NCBI GenBank assembly: GCA_963833125.1
Contig: CAWHWX010000005.1
Location: 71,506 to 135,505, forward strand
DNA length: 64,000 bases
Source of the DNA: Candidatus Bathyarchaeota archaeon
Lineage (GTDB): Archaea > Thermoproteota > Bathyarchaeia > 40CM-2-53-6
Reading direction: 5' to 3'
The notes below the pieces were generated by a model. It worked only from the letters and a program-made list of their open reading frames with translations, did no database searches and was not told where the DNA came from. Position numbers and translations under genes: made by a program. Shown piece by piece: positions 61,679 to 64,000 of this stretch. Position 1 is the stretch's first letter; each line of letters opens with the position of its first letter.

Positions 61679-61720
61679 CTCCCCTTCCTTTTTCTTCTTT
61701 TTTCTCTCCTTTCTATCCTC
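61679..61720 (+). terminator. pyrimidine/T-rich archaeal terminator
   Basis: CCCCTTCCTTTTTCTTCTTTTTTCTCTCCTTTC immediately after the oppA stop. Confidence 0.6.
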
Positions 61721-61967
61721 TAACGTTATCTAGGTCGACCACTCCGCGAGACCTTTGCGATTTTTCACTTCGACGGTTGAATAACGAGTCGTGAAATAAC
61801 CTATCTTGTAATCGGAAAAAATCATCGACGAACCAAGATTATGCCTTGCGTAATAGCGGACAACAATCCACCGCGCGTTTTGGCGTGTCTTCCAGCCTTA
61901 GCCCGATTGTGCATCGCTTTGTGGGAGCTTTTATATTGCGCAAAGAGTGCAGTGAGCACTCCGAATA

Positions 61968-63701
61968 TTGGAGGAAAATATCTTAATGTCAACCACATCA
62001 AAGAAGAACACAAAGTATGTTGCAGCAGCCGTGCTGATAGTTATCATATTGGCCGGCATTGGATACTACTTCTACCAGTCATCCACGGTACCCCCCACCA
62101 TGACGACCTCGACATCACAATACAAAGATACAATTGTGATGGGAACGACCGACGCCGTCCAGACCACCATCGACCCCGCCGACGCCTATGACTACTTTGG
62201 CATTAACATGATTAACAACCTAGGCGCGCCGCTCGTCGACTTCGCGCCCGGAACTAACAACACAAGCCCGTCCGGCCTTCAGCCGGCATTAGCCACAAAC
62301 TGGTCACAAAGCTCGGACGGCATGACCTACACCTTCACCCTCCGCTCAGGGCTGAAGTATGATGACGGCACTCCGTTCAACTCCACCGACGTCAAGTTCA
62401 GCGTGGATAGAGGAATAGCCATAAACGACCCCAATGGCGCGTTTAACGGTCTCGGCGTCTCATCGATAATCGACTCCGTAACAACACCCGACACGAATAC
62501 GGTGGTCTTCCACCTGAAGGCACCGTTCTCAGGGTTCCTAAACATGATGACCTTCGGCATTATGTATCCAGTGAACCCGAACAAGGTGCCGCAGGGGACA
62601 TGCAACCCCTGCAACGCTATGACTGGAATAGTCAACTTCACAGCCAACAACGCAGCAGCTAGCAACCCCAACGGCCTCGGCCCCTACACTCTGACCACGT
62701 GGACCAGATCGGGCACCAAGGACACGGAGATGGTTCTGACTGCCAATCCCAACTATTGGAACTATCCAGCCTACCCGAAGACCCAGACGATAATAATCAA
62801 ATTCTACCCTGACGCCACCTCGCTTGCAGCCGCCATCAGGTCAGGCGACGTTGACCTTGCCTACAGGCAGTTCACAACGTCCGACATCCGGAGCTTGATG
62901 ACAACGACCGGGCTTAAGGTGTACTCAAGCCCCGGTGCCTTCATCCAGTATCTCGTCATCAACGAGAACAAGGCTCCGTTCAATGACATCAACGTTAGGC
63001 AGGGTATAGCTGCAGCCATCAACAGAACCGACCTTATCGACACCGTCTTCGCTGGCACAGCCACACCTCTCTACTCGCAAATACCTCTTGGCATGGGGTA
63101 CCACACAGATGCCTTCGAAACGGCATATGGCGCCGGCCCCAACTACGCTCTCGCTCAGCAGCTTTTGGCGAAGTCGGGCTACAATGCCAACAACAAGCTA
63201 ACGGTCGACCTGTGGTACGAGACCACCGGGCACTATCCCCAGAGTTCAGACCAAGCCCTTGTCCTGAAGAAGGACTTAGAGGCGAGCGGTGTGATTACCG
63301 TCACGCTCAACGGGGTTGACTGGCCCACAATGCACTCGAACGTTAGAGCGGGCAGCATGGGCACGTTCATTTACGGCTGGTACCCTGACTTCATCGACCC
63401 CTTCGACTACACCACACCATTCCTATCCTCAACGGGCGCTTCGTGGCTCAATGACGGCTATAACAGTACAGCCATGGATTCCCTGTTGACCCAGTCACTC
63501 TCAGCCACGCCTTCCAACGCCGCGTCGATCTACGGCCAAATTCAGACACTGCAGGCTCACGATGTCCCGATGGTTCCATTGTACCAAGGCGGCTCCAACT
63601 GCTGCGGTGCGGTGACTAAGACTTCGGTGGGCGGCGTCTACTTGGACGTTACCCTGATCTTCAGGCTTTCGACAATCTACGAGACAACAGAGACAACATA
63701 A
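61968..63701 (+). CDS. second ABC peptide substrate-binding protein (family 5), N-terminal TM anchor
   Basis: IDPADAYD, YTFTLR, GLGPY, NPNYW, GWYPDF.DP. Likely start at 61986-61988 (MSTTSKK). Confidence 0.9.
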   Translation: MEENILMSTTSKKNTKYVAAAVLIVIILAGIGYYFYQSSTVPPTMTTSTSQYKDTIVMGTTDAVQTTIDPADAYDYFGINMINNLGAPLVDFAPGTNNTSPSGLQPALATNWSQSSDGMTYTFTLRSGLKYDDGTPFNSTDVKFSVDRGIAINDPNGAFNGLGVSSIIDSVTTPDTNTVVFHLKAPFSGFLNMMTFGIMYPVNPNKVPQGTCNPCNAMTGIVNFTANNAAASNPNGLGPYTLTTWTRSGTKDTEMVLTANPNYWNYPAYPKTQTIIIKFYPDATSLAAAIRSGDVDLAYRQFTTSDIRSLMTTTGLKVYSSPGAFIQYLVINENKAPFNDINVRQGIAAAINRTDLIDTVFAGTATPLYSQIPLGMGYHTDAFETAYGAGPNYALAQQLLAKSGYNANNKLTVDLWYETTGHYPQSSDQALVLKKDLEASGVITVTLNGVDWPTMHSNVRAGSMGTFIYGWYPDFIDPFDYTTPFLSSTGASWLNDGYNSTAMDSLLTQSLSATPSNAASIYGQIQTLQAHDVPMVPLYQGGSNCCGAVTKTSVGGVYLDVTLIFRLSTIYETTETT

Positions 63702-63758
63702 CATAGCGGGGAAGTCTACAGCAGAGCTTCCCCCTCTCCCTATTTTTGGGATGAGCAA

Positions 63759-64000
63759 TTGAGCTTAAAGAGTTACATCGTCACGCGTGCCCTCCTCACA
63801 ATTCCGACTGCGTTCCTTCTAGTAACGATAGTTTTTCTCATCGTGCGGGTGCTTCCAGGGGATCCGGTTCTCCTCCACTTCGGAAAGCAGGTCAATCCCA
63901 CCGCCTTGGCCGCGGTCAGGCATTCGCTCGGCCTGGACGTCCCCATCTACGTCCAGTACTACAACTACATCATCGGTCTGTTTCATGGGAACTTGGGCAT
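63759..64000 (+). CDS. ABC peptide permease (OppB/DppB-like), partial
   Basis: MSLKSYIVTRALLTIP...LPGDP...GLD.P.YVQY..Y...L.HGNLG; runs off the window edge. Confidence 0.85.
   Translation, partial: MSLKSYIVTRALLTIPTAFLLVTIVFLIVRVLPGDPVLLHFGKQVNPTALAAVRHSLGLDVPIYVQYYNYIIGLFHGNLG

Overview
Archaeal genomic DNA, most likely a TACK-superphylum lineage such as Bathyarchaeia. This is inferred from BHB-intron tRNAs, TrmB, KaiC-like and HemK2 genes, F420-dependent enzymes, an eL22-like protein and membrane-anchored OppA proteins. Many core genes are split by single-base indels, which points to an unpolished long-read assembly rather than true pseudogenes. Two tRNA genes are hidden by non-canonical introns: tRNA-Leu(UAG) with 2 introns (4743-4874) and tRNA-His(GUG) with 3 introns (53598-53736). 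A ~14 kb integrase-less island starts at the tRNA-Leu 3' end and is closed by a 13-bp direct repeat at 18803-18815. It carries a PD-(D/E)XK nuclease/DUF5131/TcmP module, an orphan ParB, and a TrmB-associated catabolic cluster (DegT aminotransferase, two TIM-barrel isomerase-like enzymes, APC permease, BKACE, Zn-ADH, F420 dehydrogenase). Other notable elements are a ~200-nt structured ncRNA candidate (45567-45766), a TPP riboswitch upstream of thiT, and a GcvH-TusA fusion lacking the lipoyl lysine beside a rhodanese. The remainder is housekeeping, transport and an Opp/Dpp ABC locus.
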